This document shows positions 1 to 8,775 of a stretch of 64,000 bases of DNA, in pieces; position 1 is the stretch's first letter, and each line of letters begins with the position of its first letter. The position numbers were made by a program, and so were the translations under genes. The DNA comes from a virus. The notes beneath the pieces were generated by a model. It was not told the origin of the DNA. It worked only from the letters and a program-made list of their open reading frames with translations, and did not search any database. The stretch lies in IMG/VR virus record IMGVR_UViG_3300034102_002416. One strand, given 5' to 3'.

Positions 1-527
1 TGTACTTTATTTATCCATTTAATTTCAGGTACATTTCTCCAAATACGCCATTGAAAATCAGGCCAATTAACCCAACCTTTTTCGTTTACTTTCCAGCCCC
101 ATTGTTGAATATGTTCAGGTGTTAAACCCTCAACTGTGTTTACTCGTGGTACTAAGAAAATATCCATTTCAGGATTTAATTCTAAAAGCTCATGTAAATG
201 TTTAATTAAATCCTCTGATGGGTATTCATCAGCATCAATTTGGAAGATATAATCTCCGGTACATTGTTGGGTTAAATGATTTTTAAATGCTGAGAAATCG
301 CTATTTAATGGGTTAAATATAACTCGGCAATGCCCTTGTTCATTATGTTTCATGATATACTGCCAAACTAATTTTTTAGCTTCTGACATACTATTAAGAT
401 CAGCTACAGACAAATCCATTTGAATAACGATTTCGTCATGAGGTTGTTTATGTTCTAACAAAAACGCTAACAATCGTTGAATTTCTATAAATTCATCACA
501 AACGGTTACAGCATAACTTATTTTCAT
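1..527 (-). CDS. GT2-family glycosyltransferase (3' end runs off window)
   Basis: Not in the ORF track. Manual translation from ATG 527 gives MKISYAVTVCDEFIEIQRLL...CTGDYIFQIDADEYP, a GT-A N-terminal strand plus DxD motif. Confidence 0.8.
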   Translation of the reverse strand, partial: MKISYAVTVCDEFIEIQRLLAFLLEHKQPHDEIVIQMDLSVADLNSMSEAKKLVWQYIMKHNEQGHCRVIFNPLNSDFSAFKNHLTQQCTGDYIFQIDADEYPSEDLIKHLHELLELNPEMDIFLVPRVNTVEGLTPEHIQQWGWKVNEKGWVNWPDFQWRIWRNVPEIKWINKV

Positions 528-550
528 AATATATAATACGTTATTTTAAA

Positions 551-1816
551 TTATTCTCCAACCTTTTGTAACTTAGGCAATTCTATCTTTTTTAGCTGCG
601 GTAACTTAAGTTCTACTGGCTTTGGTATCTTTGCTACCATTTCTTCTATGTGCTGTAATACGTTCTTATAGATATCTGATACAGCAGTTTTAGTAAATGT
701 GCTATTAACAAAGTATCTTTGTCGTTTTGCTAAATCACACCATTTCTTGTAGTTTTTACGAACATCCTGCAACATCTTGCCGGCGTATGTATAATCAGGA
801 GTAAACCATTTTGCATCTCCAATTAAAAATGGATTTTGTGCAGATGCATGAATTGGTGTTAATCCGCCTGGCAATTCACATATAAAATCTTTTTTCAAGA
901 AATCAGCTTGTCCAGAATAATGCGGTGCTATAATAGGTTTACCGGTTGTAGAAAATTCTAATAATGGTCGACCAAATCCTTCAGATTTAGTAAATGTTAC
1001 CATTGCTTTTACTTTGCTATGATTATACAATGCATTCATTTCAGCATCTGTCAACTCACCATGCAATACATATACATTTGGAAGTTTTGCGTTACCGAAC
1101 ATATCTCGTATCTGTAATACTTTGGATTCAATATCCATTCGATCCATTATACTATAAGTAGCCCCACTCGTTTTTAATATTAAGGCCGGCATATCTTTTG
1201 TATTTTTGAATGTATTGAAAAAACAATGCACAAGTCCAGAAATATTTTTTCGATCCTCACCGATTTGTCCTTGCAACCAATGACCAACTGATAAATACGC
1301 CCAAGACTCTTTAATGTCATCCAATGCAGGTACTGATGCTACAACATCTTTATTATTATAAACCGTCTCAACAAAATATTCTGGAATTACCTCTATTTTA
1401 ACAGTTAATGGTTTGTTATGCTTTTTAGAAGTTTCAATAAACACTGTTTTAGTAAATTCACTCGGAACAATAATTAATTGCATGGCATTTAATTTATCAA
1501 TCCAATCCTCCGGGCAAATATCTCCTTCGGTTCCTGCAGTTACTCCGATATTGTATTTACCTACTGGTTGTAATTCATTAGGAACAGAAATTTGAATCCA
1601 TATGTCAGGTTGCTGTGTTAGTGGCAACGGAATGATTCTTCGTTGCAAATCAGGTACCAATGGATATGACATTGGAGTCGCTCCCCATGGCAATGATACT
1701 AATTTTACATCCCATTCATCTGATTTTTGTTCTATAATATTCGTGATAATTTCACGTGCATGATGTCCATAACCACTTTGTGTTGCTACTGGTGATGCTA
1801 TAACTACGTTTCTCAT
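551..1816 (-). CDS. GT4-like (GT-B) glycosyltransferase
   Basis: SGYG N-terminal motif and KSEGFGRPLLE (E-x7-E) motif; C-terminus has ELKLPQLKKIELPKLQK. Confidence 0.85.
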   Translation of the reverse strand: MRNVVIASPVATQSGYGHHAREIITNIIEQKSDEWDVKLVSLPWGATPMSYPLVPDLQRRIIPLPLTQQPDIWIQISVPNELQPVGKYNIGVTAGTEGDICPEDWIDKLNAMQLIIVPSEFTKTVFIETSKKHNKPLTVKIEVIPEYFVETVYNNKDVVASVPALDDIKESWAYLSVGHWLQGQIGEDRKNISGLVHCFFNTFKNTKDMPALILKTSGATYSIMDRMDIESKVLQIRDMFGNAKLPNVYVLHGELTDAEMNALYNHSKVKAMVTFTKSEGFGRPLLEFSTTGKPIIAPHYSGQADFLKKDFICELPGGLTPIHASAQNPFLIGDAKWFTPDYTYAGKMLQDVRKNYKKWCDLAKRQRYFVNSTFTKTAVSDIYKNVLQHIEEMVAKIPKPVELKLPQLKKIELPKLQKVGE

Positions 1817-3306
1817 TATGCTACTATTCCTGTTTGTTTATATTCTGTTGGCTGTACTTGGTGTAATGTGTATGAAGGTCTTGGTTGTTTATATGCGGTA
1901 AACAAATAACGATACATATCAATCATTTTATTACCCATTTGCTCTGCCGTTAATCCGTTTTCTAAAGCCCATTGTCTTCCTGCTAATCCTCTCGTGTCTC
2001 TTTCTAATTTAGACATTTGATACCAATACATGATTGCGTCTGAAACATCTTCAAATTGAGCTCTATCATCAAAAATATATGGTGTTGCTGGTGATCCTTG
2101 CAATGAACGGTTGGTTGGAAATACTGGTTTTACCCAAGATCCATGTTTTTTATATTTACCGGTGTGATTTGTAGAAAACTCTCCGTTAAAACAAATCCAT
2201 TCGCCATTTTCATCTACGAACCCACATTGATCTTGCAATCCGCCAGTTACGTTGTTAATAATCGGGATTCCAGCTAATATTGCTTCGGTTGAACTTAGAC
2301 CCCAACCTTCATTAGAACCAATATTTACCACTACATCTGCAACATTATACATTGCGTTTAGATCCGTTCCAGATAATTTTTGTTCTGAAAAAATAATTTT
2401 ACATTGCGGGGCAAGTACTTTTGCTACTGCACGTAAATCGGTTCCATTTTCGTCGATTGGTTGCGTATGCATTAGTAATGCAACTTTAGATCGTTTATCT
2501 TCTGGTAGTTGATCTGTAAAGTGTTTGAATGCTAATATTACATCACCTGGCTGTTTTCTTCGGATGTTTCGGTTATTCCAAAATACTACAAAGTCTACAT
2601 CATTTTGTTTTTTAATTCTTTCAAACATTGTTGCGTATGCTGGATTTGTAGCTTCTAATGGTTTGAACGTGTTATGATTTAATCCGTGAGGCACGAAACC
2701 GGTGATTGCATCATTCCATTTAATATCTGCAGGTACTGAATCTCCGTTGTCGTAATCTACAACACCAAATCCGTTCTGTTTAAGCACTTCTTTATGGATA
2801 TTATCAGACTGTTTGCTAATTCCCATAATCATATCACAACTACCGTAATATGGGGCATTCCACATTGGATATGGTAAATCATCCCAAATTGAATAATAGG
2901 TAATAGGAATACCAAAGGTTGTTTTGATTTCATGTTCGATCGCATACAACCAAGTCCAATAACGAGGATCGGTGAAATGAAGAATAGCATCAGGCTTTTC
3001 TTGATTTAGTACCGCAAATAAAATATTTCGGTCGCCATATCCATTATATGGTATCAATTTAACTGATGCATCTTCTACCCCAGTTTCTTGGGCAATTTCT
3101 GCAGACAAATCAAATGCCTTGCCAGCATCCGGATGATTGATTGCAGCTCCAATTTGAACCCAATCAAATTCTTTAACTGTGCTGAAAATAATTTCTTTGC
3201 TAATTGTTCCAATACCGGATGGTAAACGAAAATCATCTGCTAACAATAAAATTTTCTTTTTTGCTGGCTTGTTTGGATCAATTTTTTTTAACTTTGGTAA
3301 CTCCAT
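1816..3306 (-). CDS. GT4-like (GT-B) glycosyltransferase
   Basis: PSGIG, NRNIRRKQ and NEGWGLSSTEA motifs; AAGGA SD and late motif at 3330-3337 upstream. Confidence 0.85.
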   Translation of the reverse strand: MELPKLKKIDPNKPAKKKILLLADDFRLPSGIGTISKEIIFSTVKEFDWVQIGAAINHPDAGKAFDLSAEIAQETGVEDASVKLIPYNGYGDRNILFAVLNQEKPDAILHFTDPRYWTWLYAIEHEIKTTFGIPITYYSIWDDLPYPMWNAPYYGSCDMIMGISKQSDNIHKEVLKQNGFGVVDYDNGDSVPADIKWNDAITGFVPHGLNHNTFKPLEATNPAYATMFERIKKQNDVDFVVFWNNRNIRRKQPGDVILAFKHFTDQLPEDKRSKVALLMHTQPIDENGTDLRAVAKVLAPQCKIIFSEQKLSGTDLNAMYNVADVVVNIGSNEGWGLSSTEAILAGIPIINNVTGGLQDQCGFVDENGEWICFNGEFSTNHTGKYKKHGSWVKPVFPTNRSLQGSPATPYIFDDRAQFEDVSDAIMYWYQMSKLERDTRGLAGRQWALENGLTAEQMGNKMIDMYRYLFTAYKQPRPSYTLHQVQPTEYKQTGIVA

Positions 3307-3339
3307 TTATTATTCCTTATAACTTTATTATAAATATTA

Positions 3340-3744
3340 CTAACCTAAAATAACCACTGGTTTATTCAACTTGTTCACATTAGTATATGCTGTTTGTAAT
3401 ACCGGGTCTAATTGTGATTCATTAGTCATAATCATCATGTAATCACATTGTTGTGCAATTAGTTTCATGCGATGATGTAATTGTGAAAAATGATATTTTT
3501 TACCATAATATGATTCTGGCATTGCTGAATATAAATTATATCCAGAAAATGATGGATTGAATTCCTGATAATTCATTCCGAATTCTAATGCAAATTTTCT
3601 TACAAAATAATTAGCACCTTCATTCCCACCAGCTCCAATAATAATCAGATCATCTGGAAATTTACGTTTTAACATTTGCAATGTTTCCTGAACTTTGCGT
3701 TTATTTTGCCAACCTGTATTTCCGATTAATGCTACTTTTGCCAT
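3340..3744 (-). CDS. SLOG/YspA-like nucleotide-binding protein
   Basis: KVALIG, IIGAGGNEGAN, IAQQCDYM and KPVVILG match the SLOG pattern; start moved to MAKV at 3744. Confidence 0.55.
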   Translation of the reverse strand: MAKVALIGNTGWQNKRKVQETLQMLKRKFPDDLIIIGAGGNEGANYFVRKFALEFGMNYQEFNPSFSGYNLYSAMPESYYGKKYHFSQLHHRMKLIAQQCDYMMIMTNESQLDPVLQTAYTNVNKLNKPVVILG

Positions 3745-3745
3745 A

Positions 3746-3955
3746 TTATTTTTCATATGAAAATTTAACACTCTTTGGCATATGATTATATGCTATTCGT
3801 AATCCAGTTTCTAATAGTTGTCGGTTACTTTTACTATTAGGTCCAGTTTCATCAGTTAGTAAAACATATTCCATAACTTCCCATCCTACAAATGGGGCTC
3901 GCTTTTGTATTTCAAATCGATATACATATGCATGTTTATGTTTATATTGAATCAT
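3746..3955 (-). CDS. hypothetical protein
   Basis: 69-aa ORF fitting tightly into the operon. Confidence 0.55.
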   Translation of the reverse strand: MIQYKHKHAYVYRFEIQKRAPFVGWEVMEYVLLTDETGPNSKSNRQLLETGLRIAYNHMPKSVKFSYEK

Positions 3956-3967
3956 ACTATATTATAG

Positions 3968-4924
3968 TTATTTTTCGGCACGAATCCTATTTTCTTTAGG
4001 ACAATTCATATAATCTGTTTTGAATGGACAATACTTGCAATTTTTATCACCCTTTCCAGAAATGGCCATATATGGTTTATCTGCAAGTTTATTTCCTTCA
4101 GAATCGAAACAATGTTCTACAAATGCATCAATTTGACGTTGAACTTTGCGTTGTGTTACCGTGCCGGAGCTAGGTTTAAATAATTGTATGCGTTTTTGTG
4201 GAAACATTGACTCTTCAATCATTTTGCGTTTCACAATAAAAAACTCAACTACAATATTTTCTTTCGGGACACCAAATTGCTCGGAAAATTTATTTTTATA
4301 TAATACGAGTTGGGCTGCTTTTAAAGGATCTGATTTTTGATATTTGTTCCAACCGCCACGACTTGTTTTAATATCATATACATGTATAGTATTAGTTGGA
4401 ATATGGCGTATAACCAAATCAATAAATCCAAATAAATAAACCGATGGATTACTAGGCGATGCCGGGGTACATAACTCTATTTCAATGCCTACCAATTCCC
4501 AATCTTTAGTAGAAAAATACTGTTTGCGTCGTTTCTTGAACCATTCCAAAATAGCAACACCATCTTCTAAATATTCTGCTAACTGCAATGGATTGGAAAA
4601 GTGTGATCCGGTATCAGTTACATTGCGTTGATATTCTTCTCGCAGTTTGTTAGTTAGTATACTTCGCAAATCTAACGCATCTGCTTGTTTAACCGATTTG
4701 GTATACATAACTTCAATATAATACTGCATTGTCTCGTGGAATGCCGTACCAAAACATGTATCGATTGAAGCCTGGAATGGAGCCAATCCATCTATATAAG
4801 CAAGTTTCCAGGATAACGGACACCGTTCATACATGTACCATTGTGAATATGATATTCTACGAGGAACTGTGTCAGCATCGCGTAATGATAGCTTATAGAC
4901 AGGATTAATATAACCATTTTTCAT
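3968..4924 (-). CDS. PD-(D/E)XK RecB/Cas4-like exonuclease with probable Fe-S staple
   Basis: ISYSQ..ERCP, GTAFHE, GFIDLV, YDIKTS, QLVLY and C-terminal CKYCPF...C. Confidence 0.85.
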   Translation of the reverse strand: MKNGYINPVYKLSLRDADTVPRRISYSQWYMYERCPLSWKLAYIDGLAPFQASIDTCFGTAFHETMQYYIEVMYTKSVKQADALDLRSILTNKLREEYQRNVTDTGSHFSNPLQLAEYLEDGVAILEWFKKRRKQYFSTKDWELVGIEIELCTPASPSNPSVYLFGFIDLVIRHIPTNTIHVYDIKTSRGGWNKYQKSDPLKAAQLVLYKNKFSEQFGVPKENIVVEFFIVKRKMIEESMFPQKRIQLFKPSSGTVTQRKVQRQIDAFVEHCFDSEGNKLADKPYMAISGKGDKNCKYCPFKTDYMNCPKENRIRAEK

Positions 4925-4963
4925 ACATTAAATATAAGAAAAAATATAATAGGAAACAACCGG

Positions 4964-4994
4964 ACAGTAAAAAAGTGCAGCAATAATGCTGCAC
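4964..4994 (-). terminator. intrinsic terminator
   Basis: Stem GTGCAGCA/TGCTGCAC followed by TTTTTTACTGT on the minus strand. Confidence 0.8.
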
Positions 4995-4997
4995 CAC

Positions 4998-5078
4998 TTA
5001 TAAATAAAATACCATAAAATAAAAAAAACCCACTCTTTTTGTTGATTCTAATAATTGTCTAAATCTATTTAGTTCCAT
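4998..5078 (-). pseudogene. 26-aa remnant ORF MELNRFRQLLESTKRVGFFYFMVFYL
   Basis: Manual translation: a leader-like N-terminus (QLLE) runs into an orphan terminator half, GAGTGGG-T8. Confidence 0.4.
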
Positions 5079-5087
5079 AGTTTTTAT

Positions 5088-5525
5088 TTAAAAAATAAAT
5101 GTACCAACCTCTTGTTCATTCTCGTCTTTAATTGAGATACCTGGTTTTTGTTGCCCTGGAGCGTTAACACCCGTTGAAACAGTTTCACCATAAACCCAAT
5201 TATATTTACCACCTTTAGTTCCTCTCCCACCAAAATTTTTTGTGGTGAAGTTTGGTTGCCACTGAGTTTCATAATCTGTTATTTGAACTCCATCAACATC
5301 TGTTGGGAACCCGTAATCGTCAAAAGTAATTTGACCTTGTTTTTTATTAGTAAAATAATTTTTATCAAAATTAATGGTCTCTTGCTCCATTAAATAATGA
5401 TTTGCAATTTTATTGAGTCGTATAGCATCTTGTTGTGCATTATATGCTTTATCTTCATCTTCGTTTAAATTCTTAGTTTTAAAACGACGCATATTTTCTG
5501 CTAGAATATTTTTTAGTTTTATCAT
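5088..5525 (-). CDS. leader-tagged hypothetical protein (putative internal head protein)
   Basis: N-terminus MIKLKNILAENMRRFKTKNLNE shared with 12494-12880 and 26097-26597; has its own late motif and terminator. Confidence 0.7.
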   Translation of the reverse strand: MIKLKNILAENMRRFKTKNLNEDEDKAYNAQQDAIRLNKIANHYLMEQETINFDKNYFTNKKQGQITFDDYGFPTDVDGVQITDYETQWQPNFTTKNFGGRGTKGGKYNWVYGETVSTGVNAPGQQKPGISIKDENEQEVGTFIF

Positions 5526-5543
5526 ATATTTCCTAATTTTAAT

Positions 5544-5551
5544 ATAAATAT
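5544..5551 (-). promoter_or_regulatory. putative late promoter ATATTTAT (representative copy)
   Basis: The same 8-mer (plus-strand ATAAATAT) starts at 3330, 5544, 12906, 19613, 21565, 27049, 28713, 36636, 37650, 38254, 40839, 41426, 46985, 48461, 51804, 52790, 55611, 59193 and 61056, almost always just upstream of virion genes. Confidence 0.75.
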
Positions 5552-5568
5552 AATCAAAAAAAAAAATA

Positions 5569-5814
5569 CTATTTTGTTAAATCCAAAGAACATCCAATAA
5601 CATTTATTTTTGGAGTATGTGTATGTTGTTGTTCTGTTAAATAGATATCAATTAAATCTTTAGTCTTATTTAAATCTTCGGTAAATGATCCTTTGTAACG
5701 ACAACGTACGATTCGTTTAATAATATCAAATTCATAGCTATTAAGTTCCCAATCTTCTGCGAATTTATACAGGCTATCTTTACCTCGGTAATGTGATTGC
5801 GTGTTTACACTCAT
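5569..5814 (-). CDS. DUF3310/T7 gp1.7-like protein
   Basis: HY...IIKRIVRCRYKG..EDLNK pattern. Confidence 0.6.
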   Translation of the reverse strand: MSVNTQSHYRGKDSLYKFAEDWELNSYEFDIIKRIVRCRYKGSFTEDLNKTKDLIDIYLTEQQHTHTPKINVIGCSLDLTK

Positions 5815-6263
5815 TTTCTAACTCCTTTCATCATGTTTTTTACTTCTTTCTCCGAATATCCATATAAATTTAGCAGACGAGTGCAACTAGTTTGATCCAT
5901 CAAATCCACGTAATCAGTTGCTTCAGAACGACTTACTTTGTAGTGCTCTGCAACTTGAGAGATTAGTTTATCGGAAAATTTATCTTCTTTTTTACCTTTA
6001 ATGTATTTAGCAAATGCCTTGTTATGCGGTAATAGTTCGTAATAAAGACGATATGTTTCTTGTGGCCGTAATAACCCTATTGTGTATGTCTGTAACTCAT
6101 TAATAACCTCAACTAAATCTTGTCGCATAGAAAGCCAACGATTAACAATATATGGAGAAAATGCCTTTTGATCAGTTTCACTCCATTTATTCCATGCTTT
6201 CTTTTTGCTTGTTACGCCTTCGATAAAATCAAAGATAGTTGCACCCTTTTTTTCTTCTGCCAT
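5811..6263 (-). CDS. clamp loader small subunit (gp62-like)
   Basis: FSPYIVNRWLSM and KYIKGKK motifs; lies near the gp44-like gene. Confidence 0.7.
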   Translation of the reverse strand: MAEEKKGATIFDFIEGVTSKKKAWNKWSETDQKAFSPYIVNRWLSMRQDLVEVINELQTYTIGLLRPQETYRLYYELLPHNKAFAKYIKGKKEDKFSDKLISQVAEHYKVSRSEATDYVDLMDQTSCTRLLNLYGYSEKEVKNMMKGVRK

Positions 6264-6476
6264 TTATAGTTTATATTTAGTTCGCCATTGTTTTTCGAAA
6301 TTTGGACCAATACCCATTTCTAGTATAACTGCTGTATCTGGTATTCCGGGAATTTTACGTTCTAACACATCATCAATACTTTTATTGCGCAATGTTTTCA
6401 TTTTGGTTTTAGCATTGCTCCGAGCTGATGTTTTAAAAACAATTGTTACATCGTCTTTATAGTATGGGCTAGACAT
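6264..6476 (-). CDS. hypothetical protein
   Basis: 70-aa ORF abutting both neighbours. Confidence 0.55.
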   Translation of the reverse strand: MSSPYYKDDVTIVFKTSARSNAKTKMKTLRNKSIDDVLERKIPGIPDTAVILEMGIGPNFEKQWRTKYKL

Positions 6477-6694
6477 TATTTTTTCAGTTTAATGGGTTGA
6501 AACACTTCTGGAATAGACCCGCAATCATCACATCGAAACACAGGAACCGGAACCATTGTATCTTTATCCCCACCTGTTAGAAATTTTGATACTTTGTTAA
6601 TTGCCATTACTTGACGAAAATACATTCCATCACATTCTTTGCATTGAATTGGCTGCATATCGTTTGGGCCAATATTAACATTTAATTTACTCAT
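6476..6694 (-). CDS. small zinc-ribbon protein
   Basis: CKEC...CDDC; likely start MSKLNV at 6694 overlapping the upstream stop (ATGA). Confidence 0.65.
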   Translation of the reverse strand: MSKLNVNIGPNDMQPIQCKECDGMYFRQVMAINKVSKFLTGGDKDTMVPVPVFRCDDCGSIPEVFQPIKLKK

Positions 6695-7617
6695 ATTTCT
6701 CCTAATATATTTACAAACATGGACATTATGTTGATTTCTTTGTCTACAACAGATGCATCTTTGTATTGAGCTTCTGCAATAATTAAAATGCATGGAGCTA
6801 CATGTCCATGAGCGAATTCATCTAAATTGTCATATAGAAATGTGTATAGTGCCGTAAAATCTCTTACTTTGCTATCTGCAATAATTTGACGTATTTTAGT
6901 GAATGCACCTTTCTTGTCTGCAGAATTGCGTAATACATCTAATATTTCTGTCATGTAATTTGCTTGTATAGCACTTGCTTTATCTAGTTGCAATGTGTTA
7001 TTAACAACTGATGCTTGTGCTGCATTAATTGCACGACGAATATCTGGATATGATGCATTAATTATTGCAGCAACATCTTTAATATCAAACTCAATTTGCT
7101 TTTCTTCTAATACTTGCACAAGCCGCTTTGCTACATCTGTTTTATTCGGAGGAGTAATTGCAAATGTTTGACAACGAGATTGTATTGGATCAATAATCTT
7201 TTCTACATAATTACATGTAAGAATAAAACGGGTTGTTTTACTATATGTTTCCATTAAATTACGTAATGCTGCTTGAGCATTTGGTGTCAAATAATCAGCC
7301 TCATCCAATATAATGATTTTCCATCGTCGAAATCCTACTGTCGATGCATAACGTTTAATCTTATCCCGTACAGCATCTACTGAGTTTTCATCGGATGCAT
7401 TTATATACATAACATCGGCATCCACACTACCGGCAATGATTTTTGCCAACGTGGTCTTCCCAGTACCCGCGGTACCATAGAATAATAAGTGAGGAACATC
7501 ACCATTATTAATAAAGATGCGTACTTTTTCAATGATATGTTCATTACCTATATATCCTTCTAATGTGTCGGGACGAAATGATTCGACCCAAAGTGTATTT
7601 TCTTGTGTATTAAACAT
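6691..7617 (-). CDS. clamp loader AAA+ subunit (gp44/RFC small subunit-like)
   Basis: LWVESFRP, Walker A GTAGTGKTT, LDEAD and SRC motifs. Confidence 0.95.
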   Translation of the reverse strand: MFNTQENTLWVESFRPDTLEGYIGNEHIIEKVRIFINNGDVPHLLFYGTAGTGKTTLAKIIAGSVDADVMYINASDENSVDAVRDKIKRYASTVGFRRWKIIILDEADYLTPNAQAALRNLMETYSKTTRFILTCNYVEKIIDPIQSRCQTFAITPPNKTDVAKRLVQVLEEKQIEFDIKDVAAIINASYPDIRRAINAAQASVVNNTLQLDKASAIQANYMTEILDVLRNSADKKGAFTKIRQIIADSKVRDFTALYTFLYDNLDEFAHGHVAPCILIIAEAQYKDASVVDKEINIMSMFVNILGEI

Positions 7618-7624
7618 AATATAA

Positions 7625-8053
7625 TTATTTTCCTCCGGTAGAACCGAATCCTTTTTCTCCTCGTTTAGTTCCAGTTAATCCAGCTACCGGTAACCATTGT
7701 ATCTGTTCTACTTTGCATAAAACCATTTGTGCTATTCGGTCGCCTGGATTGAATATAATAGAGTGCGGACCATGATTAATCAAAATAACTTTTATTTCTC
7801 CCCGATAATCTGAATCAATCGTGCCCGGTGAATTTAACACAGTAATTCCATGTTTTAGTGCCAATCCACTTCTTGGTCTTATTTGCAATTCATAACCTTG
7901 CGGAACTTCTACAAATAATCCAGTTTCAACTAAACATCTGCCGCCTGAGTCAATTGCGACTTCATTAATACATCGGATATCTAAACCAGCACTACCCGGA
8001 GTTTCGTATGCAGGTAGTGCATTATTTGACTGATTTACTACAGATACTATCAT
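7625..8053 (-). CDS. dut: trimeric dUTPase
   Basis: AGLD, RPRSGLA, GTIDSDYRGE, RIAQ and RGEKGFGSTG motifs. Confidence 0.97.
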   Translation of the reverse strand: MIVSVVNQSNNALPAYETPGSAGLDIRCINEVAIDSGGRCLVETGLFVEVPQGYELQIRPRSGLALKHGITVLNSPGTIDSDYRGEIKVILINHGPHSIIFNPGDRIAQMVLCKVEQIQWLPVAGLTGTKRGEKGFGSTGGK

Positions 8054-8055
8054 AA

Positions 8056-8766
8056 TTAATTTTGCAATTGTACTAACCAATAAGATGATTCAAAATCAGT
8101 TCCGGTAAAATCAATTCTTGCTAATCCTTCTGGTGAAATATGAAGTTTACCAGAATCACCTTTATTTGCGATAAGAATTTCTTTTAATTTATCTGCTGAA
8201 AAACAGATAGGTTCCATATTAGTAATATTAGTAGGACCAACTTCAAATGAAATGTTATCTGCATTAATAGTGGTATAGTTAATAATAAATTTTATACTAC
8301 CATTTACAACTTGTACTGCAAAATTCTTAGCATCTGGCAATGCATTTTTTGCTTTAATAAATTTACTAATAAATTCATCATCAACATCGATTGAAACCTG
8401 ATAATCTGGTTCTGCATTAATTGTTGGTACTGCTGGAATTACAGTGGTATCTGCTAACATGAAGGTTAACTTTGTGGTACCTTCTGAAATTTTCATTGCA
8501 TAGTTTTTACCTGCAGATTCTTGCACGTCAATATTAATTTTTTCTCCTACGGCACTAAGCATTTTTGTCAATGCACCGGTATGATTAATACCTAACGATC
8601 CATTCATAAATGGTGTAGTTTTCCATTGAATTTTACCTACTACGGTTTGATCTTGATCGATTAGATTACAACCTACACCGGTAGAATTTTCATTAAGAAT
8701 AACCGCTTCACAATTTCCTGCTAAATAGTAGCGATTAATAAATGATTGTAATTTACTTTTTTCCAT
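8056..8766 (-). CDS. sliding clamp (gp45/PCNA-like)
   Basis: 236 aa, two-domain alpha/beta pattern, upstream of clamp-loader genes; assigned by size and synteny. Confidence 0.65.
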   Translation of the reverse strand: MEKSKLQSFINRYYLAGNCEAVILNENSTGVGCNLIDQDQTVVGKIQWKTTPFMNGSLGINHTGALTKMLSAVGEKINIDVQESAGKNYAMKISEGTTKLTFMLADTTVIPAVPTINAEPDYQVSIDVDDEFISKFIKAKNALPDAKNFAVQVVNGSIKFIINYTTINADNISFEVGPTNITNMEPICFSADKLKEILIANKGDSGKLHISPEGLARIDFTGTDFESSYWLVQLQN

Positions 8767-8775
8767 GTTTACCTT

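Noticed and set aside
3968-4924. Cas4-like gene as evidence of CRISPR-Cas
   Set aside because: Stand-alone Cas4/RecB-like nucleases are common in phages, and there is no array or other cas gene.
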